A stretch of DNA of 64,000 nt from Phoronis australis (taxonomy: Eukaryota > Animalia > Phoronida), in NCBI GenBank assembly GCA_002633005.1, contig NMRA01001003.1, positions 8,133 to 72,132 on the forward strand, in the 5' to 3' direction. This document shows, piece after piece, positions 20,681 to 33,400 of the stretch. Position 1 is the stretch's first letter. Each line of letters begins with the position of its first letter. A program made the position numbers and the translations under genes. Under the pieces are notes generated by a model that ran no database searches, was not told the DNA's origin, and saw only the letters and a program-made list of their open reading frames with translations.

Positions 20681-23600
20681 CATTTAACCAAATTGCTGGA
20701 TAAGTAGATTTTAACTCAGTAAAAGTATGTACCGGTATTTTCTGAAAGAGGAAAACCTATAGAATTCGATTTTTCACTTGTAACAATCTGCCATTAATTG
20801 TGTTGCATGACCATACCGTTCAAGCAAAGTATAGCAAAAAGAAAGCCACATCTATTGCCAGCAAACAGCGTTACCAATAAAATGGCCAAATTTCATTTGA
20901 TATAAATGTTCAAGATGAATTTCAAAAAGTTTTATGAAACTTGTGATTTTTTTTCTCGGAAATTACGAAAGTCACCTTTTTATGATAGCACCTCGCGCGA
21001 AAGTGAAACATCTTAAAAAGGCTTTCTAATGTTGTATTGGAGAACAGAACATAAAGCGTATTACCTGAAAGTTTCACTTGAATCTATTCAGCCACAACTT
21101 ATGATATTCCGAAAGTATTCAGATTTGGACATTTTTCTAGGGTCCTAGGTGACGTTAAACTAGCCCGCACTCGTGTGTATCAAAACAACATTCTGAACTG
21201 TGCCCGACTGACTTTGAGTAATCACTAGGCAGCAGAATCCTCGCAAATGCGTGAATTGAATACTAGAGTTCAGTTATCTTAGCACGTTCCGTATATATAC
21301 GGCAAACTCGTGAAAAAATCAAGACTACGCAAAATCTCTATAGTTAAAGGCGAGTGTTTCACAGGTATGCTCAAGGGCTTTTCTCGCCCATTGCAAAAAG
21401 TAGTTTATAATCTACTCAGTGCGGTCACCCAGTGTTTTTGGGAGCTTCAGTGTACCCTCAAGGTGCGACGGCTACTGAAGTAATTGCTCTGTGGTCGGTG
21501 AAGGTTTCTCGCCGCATGTCATTCGCGAGTGTCTGGGATCTACGGAATGCACCGGACTCCCATTCCTGCGTGTGCCTGGCTCAGGCCCAACCATGCAACA
21601 GAGTGTCATAATTTTTTGATGAAGTTGTGTTCTGAAAGGCATGCAATATGGTATCTAAACATTTGTTAATTTTTCACTGCACTGTTGTTGAGTGCCAGCA
21701 GGTCTACCGATGTTGGTACACAAATTATGTCATTATCAATGGTGTTGGTGGAGGCCTGGTGCGGGAGCACTACTGCACCTGGCCTATATGATATTGCTAA
21801 GACAGACATGTTCTGGGCCTAATTATATTCTGACCAGGGTGGGCAGATCGCAATCCACAAAGTCACAACTATACGCAAAGAGCCGTAACAACCAGGTCGA
21901 AGGGAAAAAAATGTCGAGTCATGGTCTTGTGATTCTCCGGTGGAACCAGTGAGAACAGATGCACACAAGGCAATTTCGTTACCGTGTAATTCATCTAAAC
22001 GTGTATATAAGACTAAAAACTGGACATGCGAAAAAAACTGATTATCAATTACTACTCAACTGTGGTAACACACTTTGATTTTCCGTACTTTATTTCAAAA
22101 TAAAAAGATCAGAGTGTAAACTTCTAGGATTAAGTTAAGAAAAAACGCTTCGTTTGAATTGCTGACACTGATCATTATACGGCCTGTATCCTTGCTAAAA
22201 AAGTTTCCATTTACAAGGTGATTTGCCTGAAAATTTTCACCGTTTTACGCGATAAGTGTCTTTCTGGTTCTGCATTTGCGAGTTCCAAGCCTTTGCATTG
22301 CTCGTTCGCTCATTTGCACGTTGCGAATCAAGTTTGACGAATTAGTTATGCGGCATTTTCTCCTAGCTACTCCTTCGCATTCAAAAAGGAATGATCTCTC
22401 GCAAAGCCATTTTATGCAATCCTTCCGTCAATGGATGCATTGGCCCGATGAAAATCGGTAAATTTGATTGTCACACTAAATTATCCAAGCAGTGATGATC
22501 CAATGGCCTGTGTTCGATATTATTTATTATTCATAAGGTACCTATCAATGTGGCCGTAGTTATGAAACAATTAATATCGACTAGACACACTATTGTTTTA
22601 GTCAAGCGCACATTTTTCTTAGTAACCGGTGCCTCATTCATCGTCGTGTTCAGGAAAGTATAGGACAGAACGCTATGGTGAGTGCACATTCGAAATTAAT
22701 TTTGTATTAAACCTGTTTGACATGTACACCACGATCACGCTGCATTTTAGGTAGTTGTGGGGGCTAAAATATTGAAACTCGTGACACGCTTATTGACTGC
22801 ATAACCACCTATTTATTATGATTAAAATCACTAAGAAGGTGGTTCAGTTATATTTGGAATTTTAAAATTTGAGAACGGCTTCATTAAATCACATACATAT
22901 ACAATATGCCAATATGGAAAATAAAAATAGGTTGTCGTGAAAGTTTTATCACCGGCGCTTGAATCAGTCTTATGAAATTTGACATAGTAAACTAATATGT
23001 GTGCGCGTGGCCTTATATTCGTGTACGAGCGAGCAGAACTGGCGACTTGCCCAAAAGTTGACATCTCGACGAGTTACATGCTATGTACCAAACATGACTT
23101 TTTATGAAATCCACTTTTCTGACTGTAATAACTTACCATACTGAATACAGAAAAAAATATTTTGCAAAAGTCGACGGCAAACAAAATGTCGTGTTTCATA
23201 ATATATTTTCAAATTAAAACGTTTCTCAGTTGTTAATAAAATGAAGTACATTGGACCTCAAAATGACGGATGCGGGCCGCGAAATTCACGTATTAACCAT
23301 CCTAAGCTTCTACTCTTTTCTTTTCGTATTAGTTTCTAAAGCGAAATTTATTGAATAACATTCGAGTCATGCCTTATTTCGTTTTTAGTTTACCCCGGTA
23401 ACACTTTCTCAAACTTTTTAAAATTGAATGTAAAATACTAAAGCGGCTAGTGCCCTGGGTCAAATATTTGTACTCGAAATTATTTTCTGACATTTTCTGT
23501 TTTACTTTTGTGCGAATTCGAGATACGTATCTATTACTCTAAACTTGAGTACACTATGGTTTACGTGCACTTGATGACCCCAGCATCAACGCTATGAGTT

Positions 23601-23998
23601 TTCACTCGAATTCGCAAGTTTTTACTGGACTTTGTAGTGCCAACTTGGACAATACACTCATCAACATAAACAGGGGACTTGAGCAAAGAAAAACAGACAT
23701 TTATTTTGAGTTCGCACATAAGTACTAGAACGAAAAAAGTCAAAAGTAATTTCGAGTATACAGATTAGACCCAGGCCAGACCCTGATCTTAACTTGTGGG
23801 CAATTGCCAGCCACCCCCGCCCCCTTTCTCCTGTGAACCCTCCTAGTGTTTAAGCTGGTGCACGAGCGCACCATACTTATGACCTAAGCACTGTCACGAC
23901 TTCACGCTAGGCCTATTGGACGAGTTCATTTGCTTTAATTTTTTAGGTTCCATGACATCTCGTCCTTCAAAGTAACTCAACAGAGACAAACTTATAAA

Positions 23999-25423
23999 AT
24001 GACGACTATTAAGCGATTCAGTGGCGTGAACCAGCAGGAAGAAAACGCCAACTTTGAGTTTATGTTCACAAACAATAAGGCTCGAAACCTGTTTTGGAAG
24101 CATGAAGACTTGAGAACGTCTTGCGAAAGAACTGTGCGGCACATTGACGAGCAGAAGAAAAATGTGCGACGACAGGGGAACTTTGATAGGATTAGTGTAA
24201 TCCAACAGAAGCAAAGACTGGACGCCCGACGGGAAGCAATTGTAAATGATAGAATAATCGACTGCTTTCTGGATAAAACGGAAGAATGGGTTCTCAAAAA
24301 CAATAAAGAATTCGGCATTCGACCAGCTGCGCATGGGAAATTATCTTCACCACAGACAGGAAGGAGGTTAAGAAGGAAGTCGTCCCATCGTGTCATAATA
24401 AACCCACCTTCGCAGCGTTTTGAGTTTCCTGAAATGGATTTGACTCCAACAGCGAGGAAATGGCTGGCCGGGGAACACCAGAAAAGATCTTTGTCCAACT
24501 GTTCCAACGCGTCATCAACTCCAGATCTCCATGACAGGGTGCAGACGTTCTTACATGAAATCGACAAGTTTAAGAAAGACCAGAATAAGCCCAAGTACTT
24601 AGAAATTCTGGAGTCCAAGCCAGAAGAGGAGAAAGAGGAAGAAGACAGTAAGGAGACCGGCGAATACAGCGTAGGAAACAGAGATTTGGAAATGTGGAGG
24701 TCGGCGTTTGGCAAAATATCGAGTATGCTGCCCCCTCAAACAAAAGATGTATCAGACGATGCACGAGTGAGTGACGAACATGAACATAACGTGAAAGGGT
24801 CCGACAGCGATCGATTATTGGAAAAGAAATGCGATACAGGAGATGGAGTGAGTAAAGTGAAAGAAAAACTGACACTACCGTCAATTAAAATAACACAGCC
24901 GAAACAGAGCGTTGAAGTGCGTTTTAATGAAGCAACAATTGGCAGCAGAGCACAACACGAAAAGTCGTATTTATCACTTCCGAACTTGCAAAGGACTTCA
25001 ACAAGAGGACAGTCTATGAAGGAATCTGTGGAAGACTCCGTCAGAGAATTTCAGATGTCTGGCAAAAGGTCACTGGACATGGAACGTGGTTCGGAAAGTG
25101 AAGCCACTCCTGATTGTACAGAGATATCATCTGTCGGGGATCCGGTTTCAAAGTCTAGCAAAATAAAACAGTCGAACAAAAACAAATTATCGCAGAAAAA
25201 GTTTGACAAATTGCTAGGACTGTGGATGGATATAGCCGAAAGCACCGACAAACAAAAATTTGAAACCATCGTCCAAAAAGCCGGGAGCCTGAAACAAAAA
25301 TCAAAAGATTTACGTCGAAAATCATTGATATCCTTCATCGGAACTGTCCAGGCTGTTCAGAAAGTAGCTAGTATGATCCCGTCCAAGAGAACAACAGGCA
25401 ATCCTACCATGCCAGGCCAATAA
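23999..25423 (+). CDS. Uncharacterised 474-aa protein, single coding exon; N-terminal predicted coiled coil, then a long S/K/E-rich disordered region
   Basis: 1425-nt uninterrupted ORF in AT-rich DNA, ATG in AAAATG context, a TTTTTTAG acceptor at ~23940-23947 suggesting an upstream UTR exon, and no transposase/RT motifs. Confidence 0.75.
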   Translation: MTTIKRFSGVNQQEENANFEFMFTNNKARNLFWKHEDLRTSCERTVRHIDEQKKNVRRQGNFDRISVIQQKQRLDARREAIVNDRIIDCFLDKTEEWVLKNNKEFGIRPAAHGKLSSPQTGRRLRRKSSHRVIINPPSQRFEFPEMDLTPTARKWLAGEHQKRSLSNCSNASSTPDLHDRVQTFLHEIDKFKKDQNKPKYLEILESKPEEEKEEEDSKETGEYSVGNRDLEMWRSAFGKISSMLPPQTKDVSDDARVSDEHEHNVKGSDSDRLLEKKCDTGDGVSKVKEKLTLPSIKITQPKQSVEVRFNEATIGSRAQHEKSYLSLPNLQRTSTRGQSMKESVEDSVREFQMSGKRSLDMERGSESEATPDCTEISSVGDPVSKSSKIKQSNKNKLSQKKFDKLLGLWMDIAESTDKQKFETIVQKAGSLKQKSKDLRRKSLISFIGTVQAVQKVASMIPSKRTTGNPTMPGQ

Positions 25424-27451
25424 ATGAACTCTACGGAAATATCTAGAAATCCTGCCAGGCGAAGCCAGTTAACGAGCTCTAAGACAACATATCCAACAAT
25501 CCGGTAAGGTCAAAGGGAAATTTGGAACATCCAACAATCTGGCTAGGTCACTAATACCCCCAAATGTCTACAGGACGTTCAGGCAGTCAGGTCCACACTG
25601 AAACGACTGCCCTCTGTGGAAGCGTACTTGGCTACACCGCTCGTGCAAAGTGAAAAAGCGAGCCTTAGGGCACTAAAGACAGTCACGGCATATTAACATT
25701 TAATAGATGACTCAAATCATTAAAACAAAGCAATTTTTGTAACTGCGTCATCAGTAGCCTGCTAAACCGGCAAGCGTTACCAACGCTTTGGGAAAGATTA
25801 TCGACGGTTGCGATAAAAGGTCGACCAGCATCAACCACATGATCCACTTTGAGAGCAAGTTGTTTAAATTAATAACGTTTTATAGAAGTGTCAGATCGGC
25901 CGGGTGGTAGTAATAGAGCACCAGCTGACGATACCACTATGAGTTTTGAGCGGGAAAAGTACAACAAGTGGATTTAATACTATTTCGAGCGGATTAAGTT
26001 TGTTGCATAGATAAAACATAGCTAAACATTCATGCAACTGTGGTCACGTAATTGTTGTCACGTAACATGATTACCTGCTTCATGAATTGTGAAGCTGAAA
26101 AAGGCAAAATAAATCAATGCTCAATAATTGAAACGGGGTCGTTGATATAATGGATTTTGTTGACCGTACAGGCATGCCGTTATTCAATAGCATCTGTAAA
26201 CACAGGGTGTCCCAAAAAGTTGTTCACACTAAATAAATTTCAAGATTACTGGTCTAATTTCCTATTGGAGTGAACAAAAAGGAATTAAGTCTTTGTAAAT
26301 CAAAATAAACGCATTCTTTATAAGCTTGGGAAGATTGCCTTTGCACTTCCTTGGCGCCTTTTACTTTTCAGATACCGGCCACGGCGCAATAAATTTTACT
26401 TCTCCAACGAAAACTGGGTCGTTTTTTTCCATTCCCGTACAAAAACCAGAGCACGTGGCTAGTTACGCGCCTATTTCCACAGCCAGGTGTAATCATAGAG
26501 TATATCCGAACACAGAATCAGATCCGGCGTTGCACAAACGTAACAACTTCAAGGTAATTGAACACCTTCGAGTAAGGTGAAAGGCCACAGTTTATGTAAA
26601 CATGACAATAGTGTTTAAAAATACAAATTACCAACATTTCATCGTGTTTTTTTCGTATCCTTCATTAACTCTGAAGTAGGCTGCTGTATAAAGACTCAAC
26701 TATGCGGGCGTTCAGTTGGATGAGGCGCAATTGAGTTTGTTTTCCCTTGTCCTTAAAATTAGATCGCCAGTAAAACATGAGATACATAAAATTTAAAAAA
26801 AACTGCCCATCTTCCGAGGAATGAGGGTAGGGTAAGGGCAAGAAAGAAATATTTCGAGTATGGCCTGACCTTGTTTTGTCTAACCGATCTGACTTTAAAA
26901 CTTGTGAAATTTGTTCCCTTGTTTCAGTGCCTGTCATAAAAGGCTTGAATCAGTATAAAGAACTGAAGTTAATTGAAGGTATGTTTCCATCCGCTAGTGT
27001 TGTGCTACCATGATGAACTGGTGTTTTGATGCCTCAATGACACCTGCTTCTGTGCATTCCAATTAATGGGGAGACACCATCAGCCTGTACAAGCACGCGC
27101 ACGCTACGCCAGAAGCCATAAAATTAATCTGGACGCTGGAAAGTATGAATTAAAGCGACTCTGTTAGTAGATGATTCATAACCAGCTACAAGGTTAATTA
27201 CACAAGTCACGTTCTATTCGAATCTCCATCCCCATAATCTCAATATGGTAATACATACTGGTCAATAAATAGTTTTAACAAGTGGTGCTCAGCGATGTGT
27301 CTTAAAGGTACCCAATCATCTTCAGTTTGGTTCATTGCACACTCAGTACAGTTTAAATCGTCAAACATTATGCCTGAAGGTAGCGCAGTGTGCGAGATAT
27401 AAGACGACCATCACATTCACATGATAGAAGGCGAGAATACATGTACACGAC

Positions 27452-30400
27452 TTATGTCAGGTTGGTAGCTAGTAACGCTAATATCAACAGCACGGGAAGG
27501 CCAAAAGACATTGTAATAACAGTGCCATTAATGACGCATCGATGATTATTTTTTTCAAATTTTTTTCCCAGGATATTTCTCGACGTCTCAATAACGAGGT
27601 CCCCAGCCGCGTCATTGCACCAGGAGCGAACATGGCGACTGGTACACGTCACGTAATAGTTGGTATGCCTGCAAAATAATCGACGGTAATACAGTGTTTG
27701 CGTGTTTTAACGAAATGGTCCAGCCTGTTCAATACCACTGCAAAGAAGATTTCAAATTTTCATACTCAAATCAACTAAAATTTCACTTTGTTAAGCTTTC
27801 AACTAAAATGAAGACAAATTGGAAATGCTCCCATTAGTTTGACTCGTTCCACTGATGTCAAGAGTTACGAAACAACATTACGCTTACATTATTTGTAACT
27901 AGATAACCGTCCTTTGAAAAACAGGACAAAAGAGAAACAATTGTGAGTATTTTTGTGCAAAAGCTGTGAATTACAGTTGGTCACACCTTGAAGTTATAAG
28001 TCAAAGACAGTCAAAAGGTAAACATCATAAGGCAGCAGTTAAAGCCCCAATAAACCCTGTCAAAAATTATTTTTGACTTGGATTAAGAACTTCCTACAAT
28101 TAGATAATGCTTTTGTTTGCGTGAAGAGTTTGGAAAGTGCGTGGCCGAATAAAAATTCCCAAGAACCGTTCTATAACTAAACTCACGTGCACATCCTATC
28201 GAGCTTTTTCCACTTGGCCTCGCGGATATGTCGTATGTCCTTCATCTGTTTCTGATAACCTTTCAAGCATCTATTTACACGGTAGTCGACGTCTTCGTTG
28301 TTGTCGAAACACTTCACGTTTTCCAGGTAATCTGTAGGGAGCAATGAAGGATTTGAAAAAGTAAAGACTTATTATTTTTTCACAATGGCGTTACTGAAAG
28401 GGAATCACTCGGTCTGAGGGCGAATAACGCATTTTGGAGATTATTGCGGGATGGGATAATCTTTCTGTAGTTATTAGCTTGTCACCAGAGCAGTAAAGAA
28501 CCAAAATTCGTTGTTTTTGTGATTCCGTTACAACTTTCCAATTCTCGCGTGGCTGTCAGTCATGAGCAGGAATTGTGAGCGGTGACTTGGTCAGATGAAT
28601 ACCTTCAAATACACTTCGGTTTACCGACTGCCGTTAAAGTTCCACTATCAAACCGTCGGGCTGCGACCGGTAACTTGAAGGTCGCGGGCTCGAATCCGTG
28701 GGGCCGTTCTAAAAAGATTTATCGCCAATCGTGTCATTCTAGGATGAAGAGCGCACTTTTCAGCCTCTTTAGTACAATAGTGTATTGTAATAAAGATCCG
28801 TTTTTCCGATAATTCATCATTCTAGTGTACGAACCAATCTACTGCAGTAATTAACCCTGCACTGGCGTAATCATCCTCCAGAGGAAGTCAAAAAATTCAG
28901 CCACATGTAAACGACTAAATGTCATGGTGATAATAAGGAGAATTACTAAGCGCACAAGTTGTTTCATGGCATTTCCCAGAAAATGGGCCTAGCTGTTCCA
29001 TCTCTACTCACAGCAGCGTGCAATTAGATGTAATTACCTGGGAGTAATATGAAAATCCCAGGTTGCTACGTTTAGTACCAAAGACCGAGAGCTGTACTGT
29101 CTGCCTCAACTGGACGATAGCTGAGCTGAAAGCTCACGTCAAGGGGTAAGAGCAGTTGAATGAACTTGCGACTTGTTTGTCGTATTTTCACACCTTGACG
29201 TGAGCTGTGAGCTCAGCTATCGTTCACCAGAGGCGATACCCCAGCTCGTAGCTCTCCGTCGAATCTCCTGGGGTCTTAACACATCGAGCACTAGACTCTT
29301 TTTGTGGCAAACCTGGGCTGCGTTAAATAGCCTGAGACACTCCCGACAAACGCGTTACGTCGCAATATTAAAGACATTTCGATATATTGCGGTTCAGAGC
29401 CGAGCATACAATCATTACTACTAACTCGTCCTCAGTAAAACTCGCGGCATGATACAGGAACTAAAACATGAAAGTTATTTTCCCACCTGAGTATCCACGG
29501 CCACACAAATAGTCAAAAGCTGTCTCCACCTGTTCTACGTCTACCACTGCATTCTCACAAGTCGCCACAGATTGACGACATTCGGCAGATTCCGAGAAAG
29601 CGCTACAATGAAGAACACAAGTGCCCTATAATAGTACAATCAAAAAGATTCTAAGTGCTGTTTTGGTGAGTTCCCCCCGGCCAAAACTGATTATGTTCCC
29701 TGTCACAAATATTAGTCACGCCTGCTCCAAAGGTCAGTATTGAAAGGACACGTTTGCTAAAAAACTAAAACAGCTCTAGTTTCCTCAATTCTGCATCAAT
29801 ACGAGAATGCAGACCTTTACGTGATGGACTTACAATATGCATTTCAGCACGTGATTGAGTTATTATTCTCAACACAAACTTCCAACAGGTGATTGCAATG
29901 GCTTATACTCACAACAAACATTTAAACACAACACGGGATCGACTTGCTATTCACAAGGCACATTTCAACAAGACCACCTTTGACATAATGCACTGTACAA
30001 ACCTGCAGATGTCTCTGAACTGACTAGCAGTGAAAGAGGGAACGCCATATTCAGCTAACTTTGCTTTGGAAGGTAAATCACCCAGACACTCACTGGTTAT
30101 ATTCTCAGTGCATGTGTCAATATCTGTAACAAATGCAAATGCTGTTTGCGAATTTTCAAAACTAGTGCAAATTTCAGTGCAACAACAAGTAATACACTGT
30201 ATGAGATTAATGGCTCTCAGTACAACTGGAAAGGGAAATTGACCACGTCTTTAGCTAGCCATGACCGTTTTTCTCGGTAGTGGAAAAATATAGTTGCTTC
30301 TGGTCTGTGGTTTTTAAAAGTTGATGCAATGATGCGGTATATTTTATTTTTGTTAATTATTCAAAAACAGTACATCTTCGCAGATCAGTAAAAGTAGTGC

Positions 30401-33400
30401 GGCTTTTTTTTCTCATCACCTTTACCCAACATCAGTGGTGCATTATTGACAGGGAGGTGATTATGGGTGGCTTGGTACTGGGCCGCGGCGTTTTAAACCT
30501 TGCATGCATGTGATTGTGTGGTTTTCGAAAGAAAAGGTTTGAGATCTTGGATGAAATTTGAGCCCAATTTTATAACGATAGGTGGCGTGAATGAAAAGTT
30601 GTCTGTCTTGACCGAAGGCAGGTTTATTAACCCTTTACAGACAGGAATGTGTGAAGCAACGGGTGAAGTAACATAACGGTACCACGGATTCTAAAGAGAG
30701 CGAAATCTGAAAACTGGGTTAAACTTATCTCACTGTAGTTCCCATACGCAATCCAGCAAGAACAAAATCACCCGAGACCTCATTTAGTTGGCTCAGACTA
30801 ATCACCCAATCTTTGCGTCTTAAACAAACTAGTTTTTAGTTGAAATTGCGTATTTGTAAAATATATGGGAAAAGCAATCAATAAAAAGGTTGCCATAAGT
30901 ACTCTTAATTATTTCGAAAACTACTAGTTGTGTGTAGATTTCAGTTTTTGTTTAAAAACCTTCCCAACTGATTTTTATGCCAATAATGAATCTCGCAATA
31001 TTTTCCACTTGCGTAGATTCCCGGCCGGCAACACTCACAGGCAGGCCAGAGCTTATCAATACTGCGGTTTGCAAGGTATGGTGCATTTGGTCAGTTCACG
31101 AAAGTCACGCACTGACATTCCTGCACTGATCCCAAACACCTCACAACAGACACGCGATAGTTGGCAATTCGGAAGTACAAACGGCAATGTGTGAACCAAT
31201 GCGCAAACCAACGTATGAACCAATGATGTCCGAACCAACGTGCTAAGCATCTTATGAACGAACATGCGAACCAATGTGTGAACCAATGTTCGAACCAGCG
31301 TGTGAACTAACGTGTAAACCATGCGCGCACCCAGGAGGGGCTCATTAGGCGAAGTGGGAAAAAGTCCGCCTCAGAGAAACAAAAACTCCGGAAAAGTAGA
31401 AAGCAAGACATAAGTCCACTAAAAACGTCGAAACTACCAAAATTCGGCAAATGCACAATTCATAGCTGTGAACATACCCCTGAATCTTAGTAAAAGGTCA
31501 AAATTCTCAAAAATTCGAGCCCCCTCACTTTTTAGGCTTGGTGCGAGCATGTGAACCAATGTGCTAACCAACGCGTGAGCCAATATGCGAACCAATGGTT
31601 CCGGAAAGAACGGATGAAAGGCAGCGAACAATTATTTTTGACGAATAAACTTGTTATGGCTTTATGTCCAACATTTTCAAAAACGCTAACCTGTTTCATT
31701 CGTTGTGACAGTAACATTTCCGTCGTCGACACCATATCCACCTGTAGACGTAGTGTTTCCAGTGGTCGCTCTTGTGAACGTCATAGCAGTCATAAGATCG
31801 GACCAAGAAGATTCTGTCGAAACACCGAGAAGAGTCGCGTTGTCCACGCGTATCTTTGTAACAACAGAATTTTTAGTCGTTGTTTGAGCCATCGACTCAT
31901 CACCTGATCTCGACTCAGACGTCGTTGTTGTCCTGGCAACTACAGAATCTGTTGTTACAGTGGAATACTCCCCAGTAGCGTTAACAGTCTCGTTGGTAAC
32001 GTTCTTTGACACGGTCACTGCAGCTGACGGCGGGACTGGAGTTATTTCACTTGACGTACTTGTACTTCGTGTTGTAGAATTTTTTTCTGAGAACAGTTGT
32101 TTACGCATCTCGACTGAAACAAAAAGTGAAAATTGGTTGATAAAAGTTGTCTTCAACACTCAAACATTCAACGCTGAACGTTTTTATGCATATGATATCA
32201 TTGTTTTAAAAATTTGAACAATTGTGCTTGTGAAGTGTATTAAATTTTATATAGAACCCTACTTGCTGCGTGTCACGAAAATCCGTCAGGGACGCAAAGC
32301 ACTAAGGTTCCCAGTAGGAGGCACAGCGGCAATCGGATCCTTCCCAAACTCATCGTCATCCGTTGTCACGATTGTAAACTTTAACAAAGATCATGCACGA
32401 GGTTTGGGGGACACTGGGGACAATGAAAGGAAATTCCACCGATCACTGAATCGAAATATCTCGGTTAGGCTACATTTATTCGGCGCTGATCACTTGTAAA
32501 TGTCATTAACCAATCACCCATAGACATCTTCCCTTGCAACATTGTTGTTCAAATAAGTTAAAATTGTATACTGTAAAGCTTCTAATAGAAGCCGGGAGTC
32601 AATGCATGCTGAAATTAATAAAGGCCGGGTCTCTTATATAAGCCACCTCTAAACCATACGACCTAGAGCTGATGGCTGGCAAAGGCGAATTTTTTCGTTA
32701 TTATCGTACGATATCATGTGCTGGCCTGCCGTGAGAGTAAAACAAATAAACGCCGGGTCCCAAATGACCGCCTCGCTCTAACAGAGGTCGGGTCTCATGG
32801 AGCACGTCTGTAAAAAAAAATCCCGGCTACTAAGACTCAGTTACCTGAATATTTTGGTTCACGAAGAATACTTTTCACTGGCGCAGACTTAACGCCATTT
32901 TAAGGTACATGTAAGGGGTATTTCGCCACTGTTTTAGTTGTGGACCTAAATATATTGAATACTTAACCGAATTAGTGCTTAAGAGTTTGAACTGGTACCA
33001 TGCTTATACAATCCTGAATTTTCGCCGAATGAACCAGCAACTCAACTCACAAGCTATGCGTGTATGTGCCATTTTTGAATTCAAAATTTTGAGGTTGGCT
33101 AATGCAACCCCAATGAAGCGTATTCGGGAGTCGCTAATGGTTTACGTTATTACAGTTCGTAACCTAAGTCAAAACCTATCATGGAAGGAATATTACGACT
33201 ATAGCTATTTTATGAGCTGTTAATAGCAGTTTATTTCGGTTTTGAGATTATTGGCATCTAAATACTGAGGAATGAAAATCTAACAAGAGTACACTACAGA
33301 TCTTAACGACGCTTCAGACGGTGGACGGTCCAAAATATAAATATGCCTATAATACGTTGGATTCTCATCCACTCTCGACAATATAACATTTCATCTTTCT

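Noticed and set aside
23894-25338. Minus-strand ORFs of 95-240 aa
   Set aside because: Antisense shadows of the 474-aa plus-strand ORF with no independent support.
28580-28712. Functional tRNA gene (also 4292-4355 and 7680-7770)
   Set aside because: Only A/B-box remnants; no acceptor stem or cloverleaf, so treated as SINE heads.
31056-31322. VHTL-repeat protein ORF
   Set aside because: Translation of the intronic 12-bp minisatellite.
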